From IMG/VR virus record IMGVR_UViG_3300036796_000121, positions 1 through 61,448 of that record: a DNA stretch of 61,448 nt. One strand, given 5' to 3'. Under the pieces are notes generated by a model. It did no database searches and was not told where the DNA came from. It was given only the letters and a program-made list of their open reading frames with translations. Both the position numbers and the translations under genes were made by a program. The stretch's first letter is position 1. Each line of letters opens with the position of its first letter. Shown here one piece after another: positions 48,640 through 57,626 of the stretch. This DNA is from a virus (Duplodnaviria > Caudoviricetes).

Positions 48640-49765
48640 CTTTCTTCACCTCGTATTGTTTTAGATGTTCCCACATAACCTTATCATCGATATACGGGAC
48701 CTGTATCTCCGTTAGATTCTCCTTCATATAAATCGCACGCCCCTGAATTGAAGGTAAGTTTTCTAATCCAGATTGATCAATAACAACTTCTGATGCCACA
48801 CGTGTCGGCAATCGAAAACCTAATTTCGCATTGGCCATTTGTTTGATTACTCGAGGCAATGTATCAGCTGTAGGATACTGCGTACAAAAGATTATTCGGA
48901 AACCTAGTGCCCCACCAACACGTGCAATATGGCTAAGCATATATTGGCATTCCTCCAGCATTTTATTATGTTCCCTGGACAATCCTTTTGACGGAGCTAA
49001 TACAGCCCCCTCATCTACAACGACAAAGTATCTATCCTTTTCTTTAGTATGAACAATATTTTTAAACCTTCTTTCTTTCATGTACTTACCGCGCTCATTC
49101 ATCTTCTCCATTACTTTAAACAGCATTTCATGAGCTTGATCTGGTGTCTCTGCAATATGTTCCACTTGTTTCAAGTCTTTGTATTCACCAAATTCAAGTC
49201 CTTCTTCTTTCAAATCAATTAAGTAAAAATGAGCGTGATCGGGATTCGCTACTGCTAATGATGTAAATAAGTTTTTTAAAAACACCGTTTTCCCCATACG
49301 TATTAGTCCACCCACAGCCAAATGAGGTGTTTCATCAAAGTCATGCGAAATTAACTTTTCTAGGCTTTGCCCTACAGGAACAAACCATTTACCCGGCGTA
49401 ATTAAACCTGTAGACCATTTCCATTTCTTCGGTATTTCCTTGCTAAATACACGAATGCTTAACCTATAATTGTTGTAGTGAATTCGTATAGGTTTTCCTA
49501 ATCCCTCACTTACTACATCCTCAACTTTTTGTATTAGTTTTGAAGGCATCCCTAACGGTAATCTGTACACATACGTCGTACTACGATCATCTTCTTTTCG
49601 CTCAAGAAAAACTGGATAATGTAATTTCTCATCCTTCCTAATGGCAATTCCACTCACTTCAAAGAACACTTGTATCTTCTTTCTATCATCCTCTTTACCT
49701 TTTAATCTATCGTTTATCAAAGCGTATCCGAGCGAAACTACAGGTATTAATAACAATTCAAGCAT
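48581..49765 (-). CDS. FtsK/SpoIIIE-family ATPase
   Basis: PHLAVGG..RMGKT, IDLK, VVVDEG, TQYP motifs; N-terminal membrane anchor. Confidence 0.9.
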   Translation of the reverse strand: MLELLLIPVVSLGYALINDRLKGKEDDRKKIQVFFEVSGIAIRKDEKLHYPVFLERKEDDRSTTYVYRLPLGMPSKLIQKVEDVVSEGLGKPIRIHYNNYRLSIRVFSKEIPKKWKWSTGLITPGKWFVPVGQSLEKLISHDFDETPHLAVGGLIRMGKTVFLKNLFTSLAVANPDHAHFYLIDLKEEGLEFGEYKDLKQVEHIAETPDQAHEMLFKVMEKMNERGKYMKERRFKNIVHTKEKDRYFVVVDEGAVLAPSKGLSREHNKMLEECQYMLSHIARVGGALGFRIIFCTQYPTADTLPRVIKQMANAKLGFRLPTRVASEVVIDQSGLENLPSIQGRAIYMKENLTEIQVPYIDDKVMWEHLKQYEVKKDEHPDSYQNKPSDDDFDLD

Positions 49766-49880
49766 AGGGGTTCACTCCTTATATATCCTTAAAGGATATA
49801 GTTGCTCTTTACTGGAAGATTTACGTACAAGTTATTTTTCTTATATAGCAAAATGTCCTATGATTCCAGGTTCCATTCCT

Positions 49881-50063
49881 TCAAAGAAACACCATTAGCA
49901 CATAACGTAGAAGATACAAAAACGAGCCTGTAAGAGTCGTGTACATCGTAATACGTGGAAGCCAATGTGGAACATTCATCCCCATTTTCTCAGCTGCCTT
50001 CATTGCCACCACAGACAAGCCTGTTGCCGTCCAAATTACTACAGCTTCCCCCGCCAATGTCAT
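49881..50063 (-). CDS. Small membrane protein
   Basis: 60 aa with two hydrophobic segments. Confidence 0.7.
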   Translation of the reverse strand: MTLAGEAVVIWTATGLSVVAMKAAEKMGMNVPHWLPRITMYTTLTGSFLYLLRYVLMVFL

Positions 50064-50365
50064 ATCGAATCCCTCTTTCTTTTTAGTTGTAATCCTTTTG
50101 CTTTTAGCACTGGCTGATACTGATTAACCACTTCATCCCACTCAAGAGTCTCTTCCTCATCTCCACATAGATCATCCATAATATCGTTAGATAAGCTGTA
50201 ATAACCGCGGTATTCTTTATTATTAAACACCTCATGTCTTTCCATATGCTTGATGATGGAACTGGCTTCACCTTTCCCCCTGGACTCTTTATACATACTT
50301 TTCAGTTCTTTTGATGGATACAAATACGGCGTGTCATTCAAGTAATCATATTGCCACCTCATCAT
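50060..50365 (-). CDS. Hypothetical protein (first gene of the FtsK operon)
   Basis: AAGGTGAG RBS; 101 aa. Confidence 0.7.
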   Translation of the reverse strand: MMRWQYDYLNDTPYLYPSKELKSMYKESRGKGEASSIIKHMERHEVFNNKEYRGYYSLSNDIMDDLCGDEEETLEWDEVVNQYQPVLKAKGLQLKRKRDSI

Positions 50366-50514
50366 TACTCACCTTTCCCCTCTTGATGTCCTTAGTTCCA
50401 CTTGGTATTCCTCGTGGTCTTGATATAGGTATATGACTTAGAAAGAAGGATTTTGCAAGTCCACATTAAAAATATAAAAAGTACAAGTATATTTTTTTCT
50501 AAGGAGTGATACTT

Positions 50515-50706
50515 ATGCGAAGCCATTTGAAGGAGATTTTAGATAGTAAAGGTATCAAATATGGTTTTATTGCAAAGCAAGCAGGTATAAGTAATGCTGC
50601 TATGACTAATCTCATAAAAGGTGGCTTACCTACACTTCCTGTGGCTGCTCGAATCGCAAAAGCATTAGATAGACCCATTGAGGAGATCTGGACCATCGAG
50701 GAGTAA
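50515..50706 (+). CDS. XRE HTH regulator
   Basis: LKEILDSKGIK..IAKQAGIS..P..AARIAKAL..IEEIW. Confidence 0.85.
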   Translation: MRSHLKEILDSKGIKYGFIAKQAGISNAAMTNLIKGGLPTLPVAARIAKALDRPIEEIWTIEE

Positions 50707-50879
50707 TCCCTCCCCTCCAGCCTTAATAAGTTTTTATCTTTATTTTCCTTTTTACACTTGACTTTTGCGGTTGACAGACAATCATGGGATGAGGGTACAG
50801 GACAACGGCTAGGGCAGAGAATGACTACCTTACAACACTTCAAAAAATAAAAGTGTCGTAAAGTAGACGTTCTGTCAAT

Positions 50880-51320
50880 CATGGTCTATCAGGTTAAGGA
50901 ATCCGTATAGTAACACCCTGTTTAAACGCTGTAATTTCTTACACAGCAGATTTTTTACAGATAAAGCTTGTCCTATCTGCAGAAAGAATCAGGAAAGGAA
51001 ATGCACTACTGGCGTATCCTTCATTACTCGTAACCTATAATTCTTTCATTATCCGCTGCTACCCGTGCCGTAACACGCCAAGCAACCGCCGTACCGTTAA
51101 TGGCCGTACTCGCCTAGACTCCTAACAACGCAAACAAGGAAACGTTATACGTTAGGACGCTTAATTTTCTGACATTGGCTTAGCTAACCTGTTCAAGTTT
51201 AACGAGTGTTAGGTCATTCCTCGTGTGGATTTCCTCCCTTAGTTACCTAAAAAAGACAATAGGAAACTAGACCTCGTGTATATCTGTTTTTTCGAGTGAA
51301 GATATTCACGAGGCTGGAGG
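50880..51320. other. Long hairpin-dense non-coding element (ncRNA or oriT/sso candidate)
   Basis: No credible ORF; stems at about 50927-50948, 50953-50983, 51120-51157 and 51272-51313; locally GC-rich. Confidence 0.45.
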
Positions 51321-51348
51321 TTGTCCGATATTTAGTTAAAGAAAGAGC

Positions 51349-51471
51349 CTATAGCACGTGAGCTATAAGCATATTAATAATGAATAGAACAGAAGCTACA
51401 GTATAAAAACCATAAAACCAAATACAATCAGATTTTGTTTCTAAACCGAAGTACTCGCTTATTTTTTGCAT
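51349..51471 (-). CDS. DUF3961-like 40-aa membrane peptide (not in ORF track)
   Basis: MQKISEYFGLETKSDCIWFYGFYTVASVLFIINMLIAHVL; GGAG RBS; TTGACG-17-TATATT promoter upstream. Confidence 0.7.
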   Translation of the reverse strand: MQKISEYFGLETKSDCIWFYGFYTVASVLFIINMLIAHVL

Positions 51472-51506
51472 CTATACCGCTCCACCCTTCTCACTTCGTA
51501 TAAAAG

Positions 51507-51561
51507 TATGACTTTAGAAGTAAAACTTTGTTAGTATCAATATATAACTCTAGGAGTCATA
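51507..51561. promoter_or_regulatory. Paired palindromic operators TATGACT-N5-AGTyATA
   Basis: Sites at 51507-51525 and 51543-51561 overlap divergent promoters next to an HTH gene. Confidence 0.5.
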
Positions 51562-51653
51562 CGTCAATAGTGTTCCGGAAAAAGTTTTACTTTAATATGT
51601 AAATTGTGTAAAATGTAAAGTAATAAACGATCGGAATGAACGGAGGTATTACC

Positions 51654-51893
51654 ATGAGTTCTATGGTATTCACTTTAGGGGAAACAATGGAGGAAATAGG
51701 AATTACGAAAAACAAATTAGCTGTAGAATCAAAAGTACGTCCAGCCACTATTAGTAATCTAGTGAATGGTGAGGTTGGTCTTGTACGTATCGATACATTA
51801 CAGTCAATCTTAGATGCTTTAAATCAATTAGCTGCAGAAAATGACATTGATAAAACATACCGTATTGAAGACGTTGTACAGTACATAAAATAA
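51654..51893 (+). CDS. XRE/HTH_26 regulator
   Basis: ITKNKLAVESKVRPATISNLVNG. Confidence 0.85.
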   Translation: MSSMVFTLGETMEEIGITKNKLAVESKVRPATISNLVNGEVGLVRIDTLQSILDALNQLAAENDIDKTYRIEDVVQYIK

Positions 51894-51969
51894 ATGTACT
51901 GTTTTTGTTTATAGAAATATTTCTTAATACTCTGATATACTTATTTAAAAATGGTAAAGGAGGAGAAAT

Positions 51970-52296
51970 ATGGAGACAAAAACAACTGCAGATGGTAACA
52001 CATTTATCATTGAAGTGGATCAAAAAAAGAGTACCGGAAAAGAGAAATTCGGCCGTAAAACGTCATTAATTCTCGGCATTTTCGGTATCCTTTTTTCTGT
52101 TATTTTAGGTATCACTATAGTTGGGTTATTATTCGCAATTCCGCTTTTTCTCTTCTCATTAGGATTTATATATGCATCATTTGAAAAACAAGAGGTACAA
52201 TGCCCCCACTGTAATCACAAGCGTAGGGTCACAAAAGGTACAGGATACTTTGACTGCGGTAGTTGCAAGAAACGTACTTTAATAGAATGGAAATAA
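51970..52296 (+). CDS. Membrane protein with C-terminal Zn ribbon
   Basis: Two TM helices; CPHC...CGSC. Confidence 0.75.
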   Translation: METKTTADGNTFIIEVDQKKSTGKEKFGRKTSLILGIFGILFSVILGITIVGLLFAIPLFLFSLGFIYASFEKQEVQCPHCNHKRRVTKGTGYFDCGSCKKRTLIEWK

Positions 52297-52319
52297 ATTT
52301 TAATATAAGGGGTTAAATA

Positions 52320-53759
52320 ATGAGTAAAAACATTAAAGATTTAACAATTTATGACGAATTTGAATCAACTGGAATGTGGTGGCTTCCCGAAAATGAACAA
52401 CGTATAGCGGGCAGTATAAAATATACTTCAGATGGTATCACTTTAAAAGTACTAGATAATCCTAAAGATCTTGGAAATGAGCCATCATTTTCAGATGTTT
52501 ATTACCCTGTCTTACATGGGATTACTGAAGATGGAGAGCTTATTACTTTATGTGACGGTTTTTTAGAGTCTTGTTCAACATCAAACGTGATAACGGTGGT
52601 GCTCAAGTTTAACCAATTAATAGTCGGAGACCATTTTAATTCTTTAGGAGACATTAAATTTCATTCAGTAGCAGTGAACTATTCATCGTTAGAAGAATGG
52701 TTTAATGTGCATCCATTTTCACGTATACCTACAGATGAACCCGGACAAACAACTGTCAGTTATGAGTTCCCTTCTACTTTTAAAGTTTACATACAAGAAA
52801 AATCTACTAGCATAGAATCTTCTTATACACTCAACACATCAAGGGAGCTATACAAATCACATACTTTTAAACAACAGGCGAGTTTAAAAATAACCCCAGA
52901 CATTTCTATGGGGTTGAATTGGTATACAGACATGATTCACGAGCTACAAGATTTTCTGACAGTCATGACAAATCAGGCTATTTATCCTAAAAAAATTGTG
53001 GCTACAGGTCATATATTGAATGAAACCTACAATCCTATTGGTCGAGAAAGGTTTAGTATTTTTATACTACCTCAAAAGATGTTTGAAGAACAAAGGCTTA
53101 GCAATTATAAATTACAAATAAAATATAAAGAAATCCAAAACAATTTGGAATCTATACTGAATAATTGGTTTACTGATTTATCGTATTCCTCAAGAAAGAT
53201 TTACCTTAGAAATTTGTATGAGAAAACCATTGACAGGGAATCAAAATTTTTAAATTACACTAAATCCTTAGAAAGCTTCCACAGGGATACTAATAAGATT
53301 TCTGGACAATTTATACCCGATGAGGAATACCTACCAATTAAAAAACAAATGCTAGATGCTATACACCAAGGAGAAATTGACGCTAAAACATTTAATGATT
53401 TTAAAACCAAAATGGCAAGTGCACTAAAATACGCGCACCATTTTGGCTTTGAAAGACGAATTAGAGACATGTTTAAAGACCTGGATTCTCGCCTTAAAGA
53501 CGTTACCTTCCCAGATAAATTACCGGAAATAAAAACGTTTGCCCGTAACGTTACTACTACTCGAGATTACTATACTCATTACGGAGATTTGCCAGACTTC
53601 TACTTTAAAGAAACTGACTTATATTTCGTAAATATAAGATTACACACTATCCTATACTACTATTTCTGCAAAAACCTTGGAATTAGTGATGATATTATTT
53701 GGTCAGCTGTGAATAATGATTTTTCCCTGCAGCATCAACTGGAAGTAAAAACGGAATAG
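52320..53759 (+). CDS. ApeA-like HEPN anti-phage protein
   Basis: GMWWLP..I.G.I.Y N-terminal domain, LESFHR, HEPN RDYYTH (Rx4H). Confidence 0.8.
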   Translation: MSKNIKDLTIYDEFESTGMWWLPENEQRIAGSIKYTSDGITLKVLDNPKDLGNEPSFSDVYYPVLHGITEDGELITLCDGFLESCSTSNVITVVLKFNQLIVGDHFNSLGDIKFHSVAVNYSSLEEWFNVHPFSRIPTDEPGQTTVSYEFPSTFKVYIQEKSTSIESSYTLNTSRELYKSHTFKQQASLKITPDISMGLNWYTDMIHELQDFLTVMTNQAIYPKKIVATGHILNETYNPIGRERFSIFILPQKMFEEQRLSNYKLQIKYKEIQNNLESILNNWFTDLSYSSRKIYLRNLYEKTIDRESKFLNYTKSLESFHRDTNKISGQFIPDEEYLPIKKQMLDAIHQGEIDAKTFNDFKTKMASALKYAHHFGFERRIRDMFKDLDSRLKDVTFPDKLPEIKTFARNVTTTRDYYTHYGDLPDFYFKETDLYFVNIRLHTILYYYFCKNLGISDDIIWSAVNNDFSLQHQLEVKTE

Positions 53760-53789
53760 TTTACAATGATGAAATATAACTTCGCGACA

Positions 53790-53803
53790 AGAACATTCGT
53801 TCG
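53790..53803. promoter_or_regulatory. LexA (SOS) box upstream of the yolD-like gene
   Basis: AGAACATTCGTTCG adjacent to TATAAT. Confidence 0.8.
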
Positions 53804-53842
53804 TGTATAATGATAGTAAATCACACGAATCGAGGGATCATC

Positions 53843-54196
53843 ATGGAAAACCAAAACTGGGGAACACCGAAATTACACGGGAGAGGTATGGTCAAGTGGC
53901 AACCTTTCGCCTCATTACCAGAACAGTTCGAAGGAATTAGAGAGATACTGAATGACTTAAATAAGGTCCCGAAACCAATTGTAACGGAAGATATGAAGGA
54001 ACAACTTCAGCATGGGCTAATACAGTCCTTACAAAATAAAGAAGAAATATTGATTTCCTTTTACCGTGACGGTACGATTCAAGACATGTACATAAATGTA
54101 TTGCATATAGAACCGATGACGAGAACTGTATACTGTACAGATGCTTTCGGTTTGAATACTGAGTTTAAGTTTGATGAATTAGTGAATAAAAAATAG
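53843..54196 (+). CDS. YolD-like protein
   Basis: GRGMVKWQPFASLPEQ signature; SOS box upstream. Confidence 0.85.
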   Translation: MENQNWGTPKLHGRGMVKWQPFASLPEQFEGIREILNDLNKVPKPIVTEDMKEQLQHGLIQSLQNKEEILISFYRDGTIQDMYINVLHIEPMTRTVYCTDAFGLNTEFKFDELVNKK

Positions 54197-54218
54197 AACC
54201 GACTTATAAGAGTCGGTT

Positions 54219-55508
54219 CTATTTTTTATTCTTTTCACATTCACTCCAAAGTTCGTCGATTGCATCCATCAATTGGTCTAAGTTATTTTCTGATGAATCG
54301 TTACTGTGCTCTGTTTTTTTATCTTTTTCACATTGACTCCAATCATAGTCTAATGCATAAATTAATAGCTCTCTGCACTTCCCTGATAGAATGGTACTGT
54401 ACTCTGGTAAAATTTCATTATCAATTAAACACTCTAAAGAAAGAATCCCCGTTTCAGTCCACTCATTAATACAATCTAATACCTTTCCGAAATAGTAGTG
54501 ATTATCAATATACACCTGTGAACTTAAATGAAATTTTTCAAAATCATCAAACTCACCATTATCTACATTTTGAATTATATTTATATATATCGGGATAATC
54601 GACTTTAAAGATTCTAAATAACTTACAATAATCTTTCGGTCGGCTGGTTCAAATTCTTCTATATCACATTCTAAAAATGACTTATATAATAATATTTGAT
54701 CTTCATAATGTTCACTTGTTAGCTTTCTTTCTTTTGCTTGCTGATAAAGCTGATTTACTTGAACCAACTCATTGCTATTTCTATCCCATTTTATAGTAGT
54801 CTTTTGTAATTTCTTTTTTTCTTTAAGGTACAACTGATCAATTTCTTCCATAAGTTTATCTAATGTTTTATATCTTAAAACTATAAATTCCAAAATATCC
54901 TTAATTTTAACTTCTTTTCTCCCTCCATATATTCTCTCCGCTTCATGATTATTGGAATACAATTGAAGTGAGAACGTTAATTCTTCAGAAGGTTTGAGCC
55001 AACTCGAATTTGATGACCAACTACTAAAAAACCTTACTTTCACTTCATTTTCTTCATTTATCTTTACTTTTCTCTCATTACCATTCACTGAATGAATACC
55101 AAACCATGCTCTTATTTCTTTAAAATAATCTTCATCATTAAATTTTTTCCCAAACTCTTCTGCTTTAAAAATATGATTGTCATTAATATGAGGCCGTTTT
55201 TTATTGATTGCCGGAATAAAAGATTTCCACAAATTATCAATAGCTTCTAAAATCATATCAATGGTTATTAAAAAATGAGTAAATTCAAGTGCTGATTTAT
55301 TCATTTTTTTACTACTTTTAGGTTTTTCTAACCCTTCAGTAGCTACAGTTAACCAATCCATACAGGAACAAATTTTACTCCATATATCTATACCGGGCTC
55401 ATCACTTTTTATCTTATATTCCGTGAAATAACATCTTATAAAATTATTATTCTCGTGAACTTTTCTTCTAAATTTTTTCACTAATTCAGGATTAATTTCA
55501 GGTATCAT
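54219..55508 (-). CDS. Uncharacterised protein with HEPN-like Rx5H motif (candidate defence)
   Basis: Very AT-rich moron; CSCMDW and IRAWFGIH; GGAGGG RBS before MIPEIN. Confidence 0.55.
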   Translation of the reverse strand: MIPEINPELVKKFRRKVHENNNFIRCYFTEYKIKSDEPGIDIWSKICSCMDWLTVATEGLEKPKSSKKMNKSALEFTHFLITIDMILEAIDNLWKSFIPAINKKRPHINDNHIFKAEEFGKKFNDEDYFKEIRAWFGIHSVNGNERKVKINEENEVKVRFFSSWSSNSSWLKPSEELTFSLQLYSNNHEAERIYGGRKEVKIKDILEFIVLRYKTLDKLMEEIDQLYLKEKKKLQKTTIKWDRNSNELVQVNQLYQQAKERKLTSEHYEDQILLYKSFLECDIEEFEPADRKIIVSYLESLKSIIPIYINIIQNVDNGEFDDFEKFHLSSQVYIDNHYYFGKVLDCINEWTETGILSLECLIDNEILPEYSTILSGKCRELLIYALDYDWSQCEKDKKTEHSNDSSENNLDQLMDAIDELWSECEKNKK

Positions 55509-55665
55509 TTTATTACGTCCCTCCGCATTTCTATAATACATTTTCATATTCAAAATATACTATATCATTATACAGATACTATCATTCCAGCTAAAGCCAT
55601 TCTTATGAAAATATTGGATAAAATAAAAAAAGGTGGTCTACTCATAGTTGAGCAGACCACCTTTT

Positions 55666-56730
55666 TCACTTCACATACACATAGGCTTCATTTGCTGTTA
55701 CATAGTATGTTTTACCTTTGCTATTGTGCACTTTATATTGTGAATATCCATTGACACTTACTTTCGCATCAATCATAAATCCTAAACCTGCATCTACAGA
55801 TCCTGTAACATCTTTATCCTGCCAAGATGGAGCATCATAGAAACGTAGATTGTTAACTTTAGAGACAACACGCTTTCCTACAATAGAGGAATCCACTGTA
55901 CTTTTCTTATCAAACTTCACATAAGATGGATCATTTTTAATCCATTGCTCACCACCAAGGTTTAACCAACCATCCTTTTCGCCCCACACAATATATGATT
56001 CTGGTTTATTTAACTGACGAATCTTAGAATAGCTTGTGTCTGGTCCTTTACGCAAGTTAACGTTATATCCTTCAATGTATGCTACACCATCTGTTACGGC
56101 TGTTGGCACTTCTGCTGGTTTAGATGGTTTCTCAGGAACAGAAACGTCCACACTAGAATTGTTATAAGCTCGTTGTACATCAGCACGGAATTGAGCTTCT
56201 GACACACCATGACTACGTAAATAATCCAGTGGGTCTTCATGATCTGTTCCGCCAAGGTATTTCGTTACATCGTAGTGAGTCCATAATCCTTTTTCTACAG
56301 ATAGCCCACGATCACGTAGAATTTTAGCTAGTAACTTTACATATTTATCATAGGAACGCTTGAACTTCTCATAGTTTGCTGTTTCACAAAGCTCTACATG
56401 TACAAAGCGTTTATTTGCTCCTGGTCCAGCACCATAAGCAATGTATTTTGTATCTGCAATTTGAATTGTTTCATCCCAATCAACTGCGTAATGTACGAAT
56501 GCTGAACGCCATGTACGAGATTCATATTTTTGGATATTAATTGCTGGAGCTTCTGGAGTTGCTGTAGAATGAGCTACCACACCTTCATAAGCACCAACAC
56601 CATTACGATATGGTTGTTTAGGTAGATCAGGAATAATAAGCGTTCTATCAGCAAAAGCACTAGTTGCAATGGATAATACTAAAATAGCTGCAAAGACTAC
56701 AGAAGAAATATGTTTTAATGTCTTTTTCAT
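55666..56730 (-). CDS. Endolysin: N-acetylmuramoyl-L-alanine amidase (Amidase_2) with signal peptide and SH3b-type cell-wall binding domains
   Basis: VAHSTA, FVHYAVD, HVELC, THYDV..GGTDHEDP; NVNLRKGP SH3. Confidence 0.93.
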   Translation of the reverse strand: MKKTLKHISSVVFAAILVLSIATSAFADRTLIIPDLPKQPYRNGVGAYEGVVAHSTATPEAPAINIQKYESRTWRSAFVHYAVDWDETIQIADTKYIAYGAGPGANKRFVHVELCETANYEKFKRSYDKYVKLLAKILRDRGLSVEKGLWTHYDVTKYLGGTDHEDPLDYLRSHGVSEAQFRADVQRAYNNSSVDVSVPEKPSKPAEVPTAVTDGVAYIEGYNVNLRKGPDTSYSKIRQLNKPESYIVWGEKDGWLNLGGEQWIKNDPSYVKFDKKSTVDSSIVGKRVVSKVNNLRFYDAPSWQDKDVTGSVDAGLGFMIDAKVSVNGYSQYKVHNSKGKTYYVTANEAYVYVK

Positions 56731-56966
56731 TTCACATCATCATCCTTTTTCATAATTTTTGTGTGGTCAAATAATCCACTTGCTGACAGTCCGATGATGA
56801 TGCCTTTAAATACACACGTTTTGATATCTCCGCCCAAAAATAAAACGCCTAGCACAATGCCAAGCGTTAAATTCAATAACGGAATGTACTTCGTTTGTAA
56901 TCCAATTGTCTTTGCTATTTGTGATAAACCTACGACAATTCCAATCATTACAGTGATTTCAATCAT
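56727..56966 (-). CDS. Holin
   Basis: Three TM segments, GIIIGLSASGLFD; start at 56966. Confidence 0.85.
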   Translation of the reverse strand: MIEITVMIGIVVGLSQIAKTIGLQTKYIPLLNLTLGIVLGVLFLGGDIKTCVFKGIIIGLSASGLFDHTKIMKKDDDVK

Positions 56967-57211
56967 TACATAGCACCTCCTTTCAATAAGAAGGTGAGAA
57001 TGGCCCCAACTATTCCTCCAACAATAAGACGTAAAATCCAAGTTGTGTTAGCGCTAATCTTATCCAGTTGTTTGTTAATATTGATAATGTCTTTTTCATT
57101 ACCTGTTGTTCGTATTTCTAGGTTTGTAATCTTTAATTGGAGTTCCTTCATTTCTTGCTTAATTTCTTGAACCTCGCTTCTTACTTCTTGTAATCCTTCC
57201 ACTTTGACCAC
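56966..57211 (-). CDS. xhlA: XhlA-family haemolysin/holin-like protein
   Basis: Coiled coil plus LDKISANTTWILRLIVG. Confidence 0.85.
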   Translation of the reverse strand: MVKVEGLQEVRSEVQEIKQEMKELQLKITNLEIRTTGNEKDIININKQLDKISANTTWILRLIVGGIVGAILTFLLKGGAM

Positions 57212-57274
57212 CTCATTTCAAAATAAAAAGAGAGACTCTTGTCCCTCTTTCGCAAATACTTTTATACTCACACC

Positions 57275-57499
57275 CTAAATACCACCTTTGAGTATCAATC
57301 CCAAAACTGCCATAACTATAGCGCTAATAACAAGTCGTAAAATCCATGTGGTATTCAGACTGATTTTTTCTAATTGTTTATTGATTGTAGAAATATCTTT
57401 TTCATTTATCGTTGTACGAGTTTCTAGGTTACGAATATCTCGCATGATTTCTTTTTGTTCTGCTTTTAGGCTGTCGATTTTTACATATACGTCTTCCAT
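57275..57499 (-). CDS. xhlA: Second XhlA-family protein
   Basis: LEKISLNTTWILRL; has its own sigma-K-like promoter. Confidence 0.85.
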   Translation of the reverse strand: MEDVYVKIDSLKAEQKEIMRDIRNLETRTTINEKDISTINKQLEKISLNTTWILRLVISAIVMAVLGLILKGGI

Positions 57500-57626
57500 A
57501 CATTCACACCCTTTTTAAAATCTTAATAAAGCAATCTCTATATACTATGAGACAACCTTTTACACGGTGAATGCATGGCAAACATTTTCGTACAAAAGTC
57601 GTATTTTGAACAAAATAAAAAACAGC

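Noticed and set aside
50499-50882. 127-aa minus-strand ORF
   Set aside because: Overlaps the well-supported XRE gene on the opposite strand, with no RBS or recognisable motif.
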